Below, one piece after another: positions 9,748 through 18,737 of a DNA stretch of 64,000 nucleotides (position 1 is the first letter of the stretch; every line of letters begins with the position of its first letter). The stretch comes from Myxococcota bacterium (lineage in GTDB: Bacteria; Myxococcota_A; UBA9160; UBA6930), in contig OZ245015.1 of the NCBI GenBank assembly GCA_965223705.1, positions 3,776,001 to 3,840,000 of the forward strand, written 5' to 3'. Under the pieces are notes generated by a model. It was not told the origin of the DNA. It saw nothing but the letters and a program-made list of their open reading frames with translations, and searched no databases. Made by a program: the position numbers and the translations under genes.

Positions 9748-10700
9748 CGGATTCTCCGAAGCTTCGGGTTGAGCGCTTCGCGCAGCCCCTCGCCCACCAG
9801 GTTGAACGCCAGCACCACGATGAGAATCGAAAGCCCGGGCACAAAGAACAGCCAGGGCGCGTCGAAGATGTAGCCCCGCCCGTCGGCCAAGATGTTTCCC
9901 CACGTCGCGAAGGGAGGGCGAACGCCGAAACCGAGAAAAGACAGGGCGGATTCTGTGAGGATCGCCGACGCGACGCCGAGCGTCGCAGACACCAAGACCG
10001 GGGCAATCGCGTTCGGGACCATGTGGCGGAAGATGATCCGCGCTTCCGGTAGCCCGAGCGCTTTCGCCGCGACGACGAAATCCTGCTCTCGCAGCGACAG
10101 GAATTCCGCGCGCACGAAACGGGCCGTCGACATCCAGCTCGTCGCACCGATGACGATCATGATGTTGTAGATGCTCGGAGGGAGAAGCGCGACCACCGTG
10201 AGAATGAGAAAGAACGTCGGAAACGCCAGCATGATGTCGGTGAAACGCATGATGAGCGTATCCACCGAGAGGATTCCCAAGCGGCGACTTCCGTAGAACC
10301 CGGCCAACCCACCGAGAATGATGCCGATGGTCACGGAAATGCCGACCGCCACGAAGCCGATCGACAACGAGACGAAGGAACCCTGCAGCATCCGCGCGAA
10401 GACGTCTCGACCCAGCTCGTCCGTGCCGAGGATGTAGAGGCCGCCGAGGGGACGATCTTTCGGCGGGATCTCTTCCGCGCCGGTCGAACTCATCGGAGGC
10501 AAGAGCTTCTCCGGGAGTCGCACGGTCTCCGGGTCGAAAACGACGAACCACTCGGTGAGAAGCTTCCCGCCGAGCGCCAGTGCAAAGAGCAGAATCAGCA
10601 CCACACCGCCGGCCACGGCCAGCTGGTTCCGCTTGAAGTGGCGCCACGCTTCTTGGACCGGCGTCTCGCCGACGGGTCTCTCGAGAGCTTCTTCGCTCAT
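9744..10700 (-). CDS. Peptide/nickel ABC permease (DppC/AppC type)
   Basis: LGTDELGRDVFAR, EFLSLREQDFV, ESALSFLGFG, GEGLREALNP. Confidence 0.9.
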   Translation of the reverse strand: MSEEALERPVGETPVQEAWRHFKRNQLAVAGGVVLILLFALALGGKLLTEWFVVFDPETVRLPEKLLPPMSSTGAEEIPPKDRPLGGLYILGTDELGRDVFARMLQGSFVSLSIGFVAVGISVTIGIILGGLAGFYGSRRLGILSVDTLIMRFTDIMLAFPTFFLILTVVALLPPSIYNIMIVIGATSWMSTARFVRAEFLSLREQDFVVAAKALGLPEARIIFRHMVPNAIAPVLVSATLGVASAILTESALSFLGFGVRPPFATWGNILADGRGYIFDAPWLFFVPGLSILIVVLAFNLVGEGLREALNPKLRRIR

Positions 10701-11659
10701 GAAACGCGTATCCGCGGGTCGACCACGGCGTACAGCACGTCGGAGACAAAGGTCCCGATGAGTGTCAGCACGGCCGCGATGAAGTTCAGCGTCAGAATGA
10801 CCGGGAAATCTCGGGCGAGGATCGCTTCGTAGCCGAGGCGTCCCATTCCGGGCCAGGCGAAGATCTGTTCGATGATGACGGAACCGCCGACGAGCCCGGG
10901 CAGCATGAGGCCGAACATCGTGACGAAGGGGAGCAGCGCGTTGCGGAGCGCGTGCTTGTAGATGACGACGTCTTCTTCGAGACCTTTCGCTCGGGCGGTC
11001 CGAACGTAGTCCTGCCCGATGACCTCGAGCATCTGGGAACGCACGTAGCGCGACAAGACCGCGATTCCACTCATCGCGGCGAGCACCGAGGGAATCACCA
11101 GGTGCCAGATCCGGTCCATGAATCGGGACAGCGCCGGGGCCCCGTCCATTCCGAACGTCCGCATCCCGAGGACCGGGACACCGAACGCGCTGACCACCCA
11201 CAAGATCAGGACGTAAGCGATAAAGAAACTCGGTAAGGAGATGAGTGTGTAGCTTACAAACGTCGTCGTTCGATCGTACCGGGACCCGCGTCCGAGCGCG
11301 GCGCGAATCCCGGTCGGGAAGGACAGACACCACACAATCAGTGTGCCGACGATGAACAGCGGCAACGAGTTGAGAAAACGCTCCCAGATCTTCGGCAAGA
11401 CCGGCTGACTGTCCTTGAACGATTTCAGCTCCCCGGTCGCGAGATCTCGCATCCAGTAGAAGTATTGGAGGTAGAGCGGATCGTCCAAATGGAACGCCGC
11501 GCGAATACGCGCGATGTCCTCGGGTTTCATTTGCGGGTTTGCGGGATCGACCTCGGAAGGCTCACCCGGCGCCAGGTGGACCACCGCGTGAGCGATCACC
11601 GAGATGAAGAACAGCAACACCAATCGTTCGCCGAAAGCTCGAGCGACAAAGCGACCCAT
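10697..11659 (-). CDS. Peptide/nickel ABC permease (DppB/AppB type)
   Basis: LAPGEP, QDYVRTARAKGL, HALRNALLP, IEQIFAWPGMG, DPRIR. Confidence 0.92.
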   Translation of the reverse strand: MGRFVARAFGERLVLLFFISVIAHAVVHLAPGEPSEVDPANPQMKPEDIARIRAAFHLDDPLYLQYFYWMRDLATGELKSFKDSQPVLPKIWERFLNSLPLFIVGTLIVWCLSFPTGIRAALGRGSRYDRTTTFVSYTLISLPSFFIAYVLILWVVSAFGVPVLGMRTFGMDGAPALSRFMDRIWHLVIPSVLAAMSGIAVLSRYVRSQMLEVIGQDYVRTARAKGLEEDVVIYKHALRNALLPFVTMFGLMLPGLVGGSVIIEQIFAWPGMGRLGYEAILARDFPVILTLNFIAAVLTLIGTFVSDVLYAVVDPRIRVS

Positions 11660-13725
11660 CAGAACTCCGGCACCGCGTCGATTTTCGTCCAGCGCTTGAA
11701 GTAGTACGAGAGCAGGCCCGTCGGCGTGGGCCGGAGCGGCTCGTACCCGGTGACCTCGCCTTCGTCGTCCCGCGTCACCATCACGATCTTGCGATCGACC
11801 ACGGTGGTGCGCTTGCCGACGTAGAGGAACGTGTATGGTTGATCTTCCGCGATGACTTCATGGAGTCGTCGCGTCATCTCGATTTGACGATCCCGATCGT
11901 ATTCCCGCCGCACGCCCACGATGAGCTCATCGACTTCGTCGTTCTCGTAGCCGACGAAGTTCAGCTGCTCCTGGCCGGTCTGACTCGAGTGCCACAGGGC
12001 GAAAAGATCCGGATCGACCGGGGAGAGGGCCCAACCGAGCACGACCGCGTCGAACTCCGTCTTGTTCACAAAGTCTTTGAGAAACACCGACCATTCGAAC
12101 AAGCCGGTCTCGCAGCGCACGCCGATCCTCTGCCAGGCGTTTTGCGCGATCGCGAGGATCGCCTTTCGCTGGGGATTGCCATTGTTCGTGATGAGCTGGA
12201 ACGAGAACTCTTTGCCGTCGCGTTCGAGCCAGCCGTCTGCGTTCTTTTTGAAGCCCGCTTCCTCGAGCAGCGCGAGCGCGGCGTCGGGATCGTAGGGAAG
12301 CGGCGCGACGTCGGGGTTGTACCAATCCGTCTGGATCGGGAACGGCCCGGTGATGCGCTCTCCTTCGCCGTACAGCACGTACTTGATGATCTGATCGGTA
12401 TCGATCGCCATGCCGAGGGCGCGACGGACGCGCGGGTCGTCGAACGGTTTGCGTCGGATGTTGTAGCCGATATAGGAGTAACCGAGGCCCAGCGACTGAA
12501 ACGGTTGGTACGCCGGGTCCTCGAGATAGCGCGCCGCTTGATGAGGAAGGGCGTCGTAGATATCGGCGGCACCGGCGCGAAACTCGACTTCGCGCGCGAC
12601 GGGATCGGGGATCACGCGAATGTAGAGCTCGCGATATTCCGGGGGCCCGTTCCAGTACGTATCGTTGCGCGTCAAGTAGATGACCTCGTCGGTTCGCCAG
12701 TAGCCGAACCGAAACGCGCCCGTCCCGACCGGGGACCGATTGAATTGGCTGTCGCGAATCCCGAACGCCGCACGGGCGTCCTCGCCGAGCCCGCGCTCGT
12801 CCATCTCACGCGCCAACGCCTCTTCGTTGAGCAGGTGCTCGGGCAGAATGCCCATGTACGTCCACGCCGCGATCGCCGGCGAGAAGAGTCGCTTGTAGAT
12901 GACCCGAACCCCGTAATCCCCGGTCGTTTCGATTCGTTCGATGGGCTCAAAATCCGATGCCCGGGGCGACAGGTTCTTCGGGTCCATGATCGCGTCATAC
13001 GTGAACCGCACGTCTTCCGCCGTGAGGCGCTCGCCGTCGTGGAAGCGCACGTCCTCGCGCAACACGAAGTCGATGACCGGCTGGATCCGCCGGTCGAGCA
13101 CCCGCGCCGCCGCGGCCGTGCGATGTTCCGGCGCCGCATCGGCGGGTAGACGAGCGCGTTGCCGGTCGGCGAGACGCGCTCCGTAGTCCGCCGGCAGACC
13201 GGGCTCGATCGCGTCAAAAATCGAGGTGTCGACGCGATCGAGTTGGAAACGCACACGTTCGGGAAGGAGCAGCGTGGCCGTGACCTCGGGCAACGGTCCG
13301 GGGCCATCGGGGTCGAGAGCGACGTCCTCTTCCTGCGCGGGCAGAACGCTCGTCGAAGTCACCGTGCTGGGCAGGTAGGGGCGAACTCGGCGCAGTACGG
13401 AGTCCGCCGACGTTCCCTCCGGAACCGCGAGAGTCGCGAAAGCCCAGATGTTCCAAGACCGCGCGAGACCCGACTTGAGCTCCAGGTTCTCGTCGAGCTC
13501 GAGCAGGCTGTCAAACACATAGGAGACGACGCTGCTACTCGCGCTGTCGGCGGACACGATCGGATTGAGGAGCCGCGCGTCGCCGCTCGTCGCCTCAATG
13601 AACTGCTGTAATCGCGCCGGGTTTCCGGTGGTTTGCTTCTCGTAGGACGGAACCCAGAAGTAGGACTGCAAGAGGAACGCAGCCAGAACGAGCGGCACCA
13701 GGAGCAAGACGCGCTTTACCCACAT
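11659..13725 (-). CDS. Peptide ABC substrate-binding protein (AppA/DppA-like, SBP family 5)
   Basis: LNPI...FDSLL, LREDVRFHDG...DVRFTY, PVGTGAFRF, FDDPRVRRALGMAID, DQPYTFLY. Confidence 0.9.
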   Translation of the reverse strand: MWVKRVLLLVPLVLAAFLLQSYFWVPSYEKQTTGNPARLQQFIEATSGDARLLNPIVSADSASSSVVSYVFDSLLELDENLELKSGLARSWNIWAFATLAVPEGTSADSVLRRVRPYLPSTVTSTSVLPAQEEDVALDPDGPGPLPEVTATLLLPERVRFQLDRVDTSIFDAIEPGLPADYGARLADRQRARLPADAAPEHRTAAAARVLDRRIQPVIDFVLREDVRFHDGERLTAEDVRFTYDAIMDPKNLSPRASDFEPIERIETTGDYGVRVIYKRLFSPAIAAWTYMGILPEHLLNEEALAREMDERGLGEDARAAFGIRDSQFNRSPVGTGAFRFGYWRTDEVIYLTRNDTYWNGPPEYRELYIRVIPDPVAREVEFRAGAADIYDALPHQAARYLEDPAYQPFQSLGLGYSYIGYNIRRKPFDDPRVRRALGMAIDTDQIIKYVLYGEGERITGPFPIQTDWYNPDVAPLPYDPDAALALLEEAGFKKNADGWLERDGKEFSFQLITNNGNPQRKAILAIAQNAWQRIGVRCETGLFEWSVFLKDFVNKTEFDAVVLGWALSPVDPDLFALWHSSQTGQEQLNFVGYENDEVDELIVGVRREYDRDRQIEMTRRLHEVIAEDQPYTFLYVGKRTTVVDRKIVMVTRDDEGEVTGYEPLRPTPTGLLSYYFKRWTKIDAVPEF

Positions 13726-13746
13726 GAGGCCCTCCCCCTGCGCGGC

Positions 13747-14532
13747 TTAGCCGGCGTCCTCGGTGTTCGCGTCGCGCAGGCGGAAGAGCTCCGCCGGCAG
13801 CTCGGGATTGAGCTCCACTTCTCGGTAGGAGAGAACGGCGCGGGCCCGCTCTCTCGGAAAGACGATCTCGATCTCGTGCGCGAAACGCTGCCCCCCCAAG
13901 GCACGGAAATCGTCGTAGCGCACTTCGAGCAGGCTCTCACCCCCGGCGCTCTCCCAACGAGCCTCCGTGAGGTCGCCCTCGCGACCGAATTCGAGGGATT
14001 GGAACCCGGAAGCGCGATCTTGGGTGCGTACCCGGAAGCCGTCGGGGGTCTGGGCGAGCACGGCGTCACCCAGTGCCTCGTCGTCCGGGATGGGCGGTAC
14101 GCCCAGCAACAGATCCACCGCGAGTTCCGGCTGGAGGGGCACCCCGGCGACTTCCCACAAGATGCCCGGGTGAATCGATCCCGAAGCGATGCCCCGTTCG
14201 GGGCGACGGAAGAGATCGTACGTCTCCCCGTCGGTGGCCAGGATGGCCAGTCGCTGTCCCAGCATGCCGACAACTTCGAGCCTCAACCGGGCGGGACGTT
14301 CGATCAGGACGACTTGCTTCGCAAACGATTCGCCGACCGCACCGGAGAGCGACACCCGCGCTCGAGCGCGTAGCCCACGGCGCGCCGCGAAGACCGCGCG
14401 CTGCTCGCCGACCAGGCGCTGAATCATTTTCTCGTCGGGAGACGGCGCGCGATCGGCGCTCCGATCCGAGCCGCCCGTCGCGCAACCGAGGGCGGCGGCG
14501 AGCGCCACGAAGGCCAGTGCGCGGGCGATCAC
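13747..14532 (-). CDS. LolB-like / DUF4292 outer-membrane lipoprotein
   Basis: Lipobox ALGC, ERPARLRLEV, C-terminal VELNPELPAELF; follows a TPR lipoprotein gene. Confidence 0.65.
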   Translation of the reverse strand: MIARALAFVALAAALGCATGGSDRSADRAPSPDEKMIQRLVGEQRAVFAARRGLRARARVSLSGAVGESFAKQVVLIERPARLRLEVVGMLGQRLAILATDGETYDLFRRPERGIASGSIHPGILWEVAGVPLQPELAVDLLLGVPPIPDDEALGDAVLAQTPDGFRVRTQDRASGFQSLEFGREGDLTEARWESAGGESLLEVRYDDFRALGGQRFAHEIEIVFPRERARAVLSYREVELNPELPAELFRLRDANTEDAG

Positions 14533-16325
14533 GGTTGACCGAGTTCCTCGAGAAGCTTCCGGTGTTTGTCGCGAAGCTGCGGCTGCTCGGAATCGCGGGG
14601 CACGAGGTCGATCGCCTCTTGATAGTGCTCGAGAGCCGTCTGACGATCTCCCATCAACAAGAAGACGTCGCCCAGGTGCTCGGCGATCACCGGATCTCCG
14701 CCGGTGAGCTCCGCTGCGCGCTCGAGCTGCTCCTTCGCGCGCTCCAACCAGACCAGCCCGTCCTCTCGCTGGCCGCCTTCGATGAGGGGCAGCGCCTTTT
14801 GGTAGTAGAGCCAACCGAGGCTGTCGGTGATGAAACCGTCCTCCGGGCGCTTCTCGAGCGCTCGGGTGATGTACTCCTCGGCAAGTACGAGGTTCTTGCC
14901 CTGCTCTGCCCACGTGTAGCCGACGAAGTTCAGAGCGCCGGCGTGGTCGGGCTCCCGCGCGAGCACGTCTTCCATGTAGTCCATCGCGCGCTGATCGCGA
15001 TCGGCCTCGCCGTGCAGCACGCCCAGGTTGTAGAGGAGGTCGATATCCTCGGGCGCTTCCTCGAGAAGGCGGTCCAAGAAAGCCACAGCGCCGTCGAAAT
15101 CACCGCTCTTCGCTCGAAGGCTCGCAGTGTAGAGATCGAGGGGGCGCGTCGGCTGAATCGCCCGCGCCTCGTCGACGTAGGCCAGTGCGGTTTCGTATTC
15201 CCCGCGCGCCTCGTAGATCGAAGCGATTTGCGTCCTGGCCTCGGCGTACCGCTCGCTCGATTCCGGAATCCTCTCGAAGAGCGATTCCGCCTCTTCGTGA
15301 CGCTTCATCCGTCGGTAGCTCACGCCCGCGAAGTAGGTGACTTCGTGTTGTTCGGGGTTTTCGTCGAGCACGCGCTCGAACTGCTCGACGGCGGCCGCGT
15401 AGTCGCGCTGTTCAAAGAAGAGAAAGCCCAAGCGCAACACGATCCGAAAATCTTCGACGTCGAGCTCAGCGACGCGCGCCAGCACCTCGGCCGCGCCCTC
15501 CCGGTCGCCGAGCTCCATTTGCGCTTCACCCAACGCGAGCAGCGTGCTCGGGTGGTCCGGCCGCTGATCGAGGATCTCCTCGTAGACGGCCGCTTCCCGC
15601 CCGTGAAGATCCCGATCTCGGAAGAGCCGCGCGAGCGCGCCGTAGATCTGGAGTTCCCCGGGATGGCGAAGCAACGCGTCGCGAAGCACCCCTTCGGCAG
15701 CGTCGACGTCGTCGTTTCGATCGTGAAGATCCGCCAAGGCGTAGTAGCCTCGGAGGCCGTCGGGCTCGAGTTCGATCAGGTGACGCGCAACTTCCACCGC
15801 TTCCGCGTTCTCGCCTTGATCGGAGAGCAGCCCGTACAAAAGAACCGCGGCGTCGGCGTTCACGGGTCGCCCGTCGCCGCCCACCAACACCCGTTTCGCG
15901 TCGTCGGGGCGCTCCGTCAAGCGGTAGGTCGTCGCGAGAAAGACGCGGAGACCGTCGTGATCCGGATCGAGCTCGAACGCGCGCTCGGCGTAGCCGACCG
16001 CCGCTTCGATGCGATTCTGCCGGCCCGCGAGCTCAGCGGCTCGGCGCAAGAGGTAGGCGTCCGAGGGATCCGCTTCGATCGCCCGCTCGTACGCCGCCAG
16101 CGCGTCTTCGACGCGGCCCTCCGCGATGAGCTCCTGGCCGACCAGAAACGCGAGCTCCGGGGAAGCGTCCGCCGAGAGCGAGCGGTCGACGGGCGGAGGT
16201 GCGACAACCCGCGGTACGTGCGCGCAGGCCGACCCCAGCGAGAGACAAACGCACAGCGCCATCCCCAGAGAGGGGATTTTGCCGCGCTCTCGGCTGCCGT
16301 CGGTCATGCCCTTGTGTCGCCTCAA
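14529..16325 (-). CDS. Tetratricopeptide-repeat lipoprotein
   Basis: GSAC lipobox-like site, many TPR repeats, ALNFVGYTWAE...DSLGWLYY...EHLGDV C-terminal TPR set; TTG start with GGAGG SD. Confidence 0.85.
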   Translation of the reverse strand: MRRHKGMTDGSRERGKIPSLGMALCVCLSLGSACAHVPRVVAPPPVDRSLSADASPELAFLVGQELIAEGRVEDALAAYERAIEADPSDAYLLRRAAELAGRQNRIEAAVGYAERAFELDPDHDGLRVFLATTYRLTERPDDAKRVLVGGDGRPVNADAAVLLYGLLSDQGENAEAVEVARHLIELEPDGLRGYYALADLHDRNDDVDAAEGVLRDALLRHPGELQIYGALARLFRDRDLHGREAAVYEEILDQRPDHPSTLLALGEAQMELGDREGAAEVLARVAELDVEDFRIVLRLGFLFFEQRDYAAAVEQFERVLDENPEQHEVTYFAGVSYRRMKRHEEAESLFERIPESSERYAEARTQIASIYEARGEYETALAYVDEARAIQPTRPLDLYTASLRAKSGDFDGAVAFLDRLLEEAPEDIDLLYNLGVLHGEADRDQRAMDYMEDVLAREPDHAGALNFVGYTWAEQGKNLVLAEEYITRALEKRPEDGFITDSLGWLYYQKALPLIEGGQREDGLVWLERAKEQLERAAELTGGDPVIAEHLGDVFLLMGDRQTALEHYQEAIDLVPRDSEQPQLRDKHRKLLEELGQP

Positions 16326-16402
16326 AGATCCTCCGTCCGTGCTCTTCGGCGCGCTAAGGCCTCGGACTAAGAACAGGTCGACGAAATCTCCAAACTAGCG
16401 AC

Positions 16403-17557
16403 TTATGTCCGCTGCTTCCGGACGGCCTCGGCGATCGAAACCGCCGCCCGTTCGACTTCTTCCTCGGAGGTACCCCGACCGAGGCCGATCCGAATTCCGC
16501 TCCGCTCGCGCTCGGAGCCGACCCCGAGGGCTTCGAGGACGTGACTCGGACGGGGCTCGCTGGAAGAGCAAGCTGAGCCGGTCGAGAGCGCCACGTCGTG
16601 AAGATCCGCGACGAGCTGATCGGCCTCGATGCCGGCGAACGAGACATGGAGGTTGCCGGGTAGTCGTTTCGTCGGATGACCGTTTAGCCAGACATTGCGG
16701 GTTCGCTCGCGGAGCCTCGACCAGAGGGCGTCCCGGAGTTTCGCGAGTCGGTCCATTTCTCGGTCGCGTTCTTCCGCGCAAAGCTCGAGCGCATGCGCGA
16801 GACCCACCACCAGTGGTGTGGGCACCGTTCCGGAGCGCAAACCGCGCTCGTGCCCGCCGCCGTACATCAGGGGATCGACCTGAATTCTGGGCCGGCCCGA
16901 ACGAACGTAGAGCGCACCCACACCTTTCGGGCCGTACACCTTGTGGCCGGATAGCGAGAGTAAGTCGATCTGTGCGTCCCGCACATCGAGGGGGATCTTT
17001 CCGACCGCCTGCGCCGCGTCCGTGTGGAACAGCACGCCGCGCTCGCGACACAGTGCGCCAATTTCCGGGAGCGGTTGCAGGACGCCGATTTCGTTGTTCG
17101 CAGCCATCACGGAGACCAAGACCGTTTCCGGCGTAAACGCGGCCGCGAGTTCGTCGAGGTCGATCAAGCCGTCTGCGTCGACGGAGAGCAGGCTCACCGT
17201 ACACCCTTCCTCGACCAGGGCGCGACAAGGGTCGAGCACGGCCGCGTGCTCGGTGGCGACGGTGATGACCTGCGCGGTGCGGTGCCGCGCTCGACGGCGA
17301 ACGATGCCCAACAGTGCGAGGTTGTTGGCCTCGGTCGCGCCGCTCGTAAACACGATTTCCGACGGATCCGACGCTCCGATTTCTCGAGCGATGCTCGCGC
17401 GCGCGGCGTCGACGGCAGCTTCAGCGCGCCATCCGTACACGTGAGCCCGACTCGCCGGGTTCCCGAAATCCGTGCTCCAGTACGGCGACATGGCGTCGAG
17501 GACGCGCGGATCGACCGGGGTCGTCGCGTGGTGATCGAGGTAGATCGGGAGGCTCAT
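16403..17557 (-). CDS. iscS: Cysteine desulfurase IscS/NifS
   Basis: IYLDHHATTP, GNPAS, TSGATEANN, HTDAAQAVGK, SGHKVYGPKG (PLP Lys), STGSACSS. Confidence 0.95.
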   Translation of the reverse strand: MSLPIYLDHHATTPVDPRVLDAMSPYWSTDFGNPASRAHVYGWRAEAAVDAARASIAREIGASDPSEIVFTSGATEANNLALLGIVRRRARHRTAQVITVATEHAAVLDPCRALVEEGCTVSLLSVDADGLIDLDELAAAFTPETVLVSVMAANNEIGVLQPLPEIGALCRERGVLFHTDAAQAVGKIPLDVRDAQIDLLSLSGHKVYGPKGVGALYVRSGRPRIQVDPLMYGGGHERGLRSGTVPTPLVVGLAHALELCAEERDREMDRLAKLRDALWSRLRERTRNVWLNGHPTKRLPGNLHVSFAGIEADQLVADLHDVALSTGSACSSSEPRPSHVLEALGVGSERERSGIRIGLGRGTSEEEVERAAVSIAEAVRKQRT

Positions 17558-17590
17558 AGCGGCTCCCGCCGCGAGCGGACGCAGTGCCTG

Positions 17591-17923
17591 CTAGGCGCCG
17601 AACGAGTTGCCGCAACCACAGGTCGTAGCGGCGTTGGGGTTCTCGATCTTGAAGCCCGATTCCATCAGGGTGTCGACGAAATCGAGGGTCGATCCCGCGA
17701 GGTAGAGGGCGCTCTTCTCATCGACGACGACACGGACCCCGTTGCAGTCGACCACGGTATCGGCATCGCCCACGTTTTCGTCGAAGGCCAGCTGGTACTG
17801 GAGGCCGGAACAGCCGCCGCCCACCACCTTCATGCGCAGCGCGTGGGTTTCCGTCTTCGACTCTCGATCGAGGAGAGTCTTGATCTGGTTCGCGGCCTCT
17901 TCAGTGACGATCACGAGTGACAT
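17591..17923 (-). CDS. A-type Fe-S carrier (HesB/IscA/ErpA)
   Basis: GGGCSGLQY and NPNAATTCGCGNSF; GGAG SD. Confidence 0.95.
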   Translation of the reverse strand: MSLVIVTEEAANQIKTLLDRESKTETHALRMKVVGGGCSGLQYQLAFDENVGDADTVVDCNGVRVVVDEKSALYLAGSTLDFVDTLMESGFKIENPNAATTCGCGNSFGA

Positions 17924-17966
17924 GGTTCTCCAACTCTTCGGCATCGGGGAAGATAGCTCAACCTCT

Positions 17967-17991
17967 ATTTTGGACCAGTCTTGTCCGATTT
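17967..17991. promoter_or_regulatory. Putative IscR/Rrf2-type operator upstream of the A-type carrier-iscS genes
   Basis: ATTTTG-GAC-CAGTCTT-GTC-CGATTT fits the ATA-N3-GAC-N7-GTC-N3-TAT pattern with AT-rich ends; just upstream of a TATCTT -10-like hexamer on the minus strand. Confidence 0.55.
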
Positions 17992-18737
17992 TATTCAGGG
18001 GAGAATCTCGGGGGCCGGAGGTGGAGGAAAACTTCCCGATTCCCCTTGGGACCGGGGACGGCGGAATCAATTGCGCCCAGCGCTTCGTAGCCCAGCCGTT
18101 CCGCCTCGCCCTGCACCTCGGCGACGGCGGACGCGCGCAGGCGATCGTCCCGGACGACCCCGCCTTTCCCGACCTGGCCTCGGCCGACCTCGAATTGCGG
18201 TTTGACGAGCGCCAGGATCTCCGCGCCGGGCGCCGCTCGCGACAACGACGGGAGGATGAGGCGGATCGAAATAAACGAGACGTCGATGGTGACGAGCGTC
18301 GTGTCGATCGGCAGATCGCCGGCCTCGAGTTCTCGCGCGTTGCGCCGCTCGAGCGCCGTGACCCGCGGATGCTGGCGCAGGGAACCGGCCAACTGACCGT
18401 GGCCCACGTCGAGGGCGATGACGTGAGCGGCTCCGCGCTGCAAGAGGCAATCGGTGAATCCGCCCGTCGACGCTCCGATATCGACACAGACGCGATCGCG
18501 CGGATCGATTGCGAAATGGTCGAGTGCCGGTTCGAGTTTGTCGCCGCCCCGGGAGACGAAGCGTCGGACCCCGCCGCGGATGCGAATCTGGGCGCCTTCC
18601 TTGACCCGTGTCCCCGGCTTGTCGACCGGCGCGTCGTCGACGAGGACCTTGCCCGTTCGGATGAGCGCTTCGGCGCGGCTGCGGGTCTCGGCCAGACCCA
18701 AGTCGACCAACCGCTCGTCGAGACGGGTCCCTTTCAG
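17991..18737 (-). CDS. tlyA: TlyA-family rRNA 2'-O-methyltransferase / hemolysin A
   Basis: S4 domain RLDERLV, FVSRGGDKL, DIGASTGGFTDCLLQ, DVSFIS, LVKPQFE, GPKGNRE; probable CTG start overlapping the dxs stop. Confidence 0.92.
   Translation of the reverse strand: MKGTRLDERLVDLGLAETRSRAEALIRTGKVLVDDAPVDKPGTRVKEGAQIRIRGGVRRFVSRGGDKLEPALDHFAIDPRDRVCVDIGASTGGFTDCLLQRGAAHVIALDVGHGQLAGSLRQHPRVTALERRNARELEAGDLPIDTTLVTIDVSFISIRLILPSLSRAAPGAEILALVKPQFEVGRGQVGKGGVVRDDRLRASAVAEVQGEAERLGYEALGAIDSAVPGPKGNREVFLHLRPPRFSPE

Noticed and set aside
3824..10749. Apparent large fusion proteins in the ORF track (691, 494 and 652 aa)
   Set aside because: The N-terminal extensions overlap upstream genes in another frame; true starts sit at stop/start overlaps.
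17991..18737. tlyA as a virulence hemolysin
   Set aside because: It sits in the usual xseB-ispA-dxs-tlyA housekeeping context, so rRNA methyltransferase is the simpler reading.
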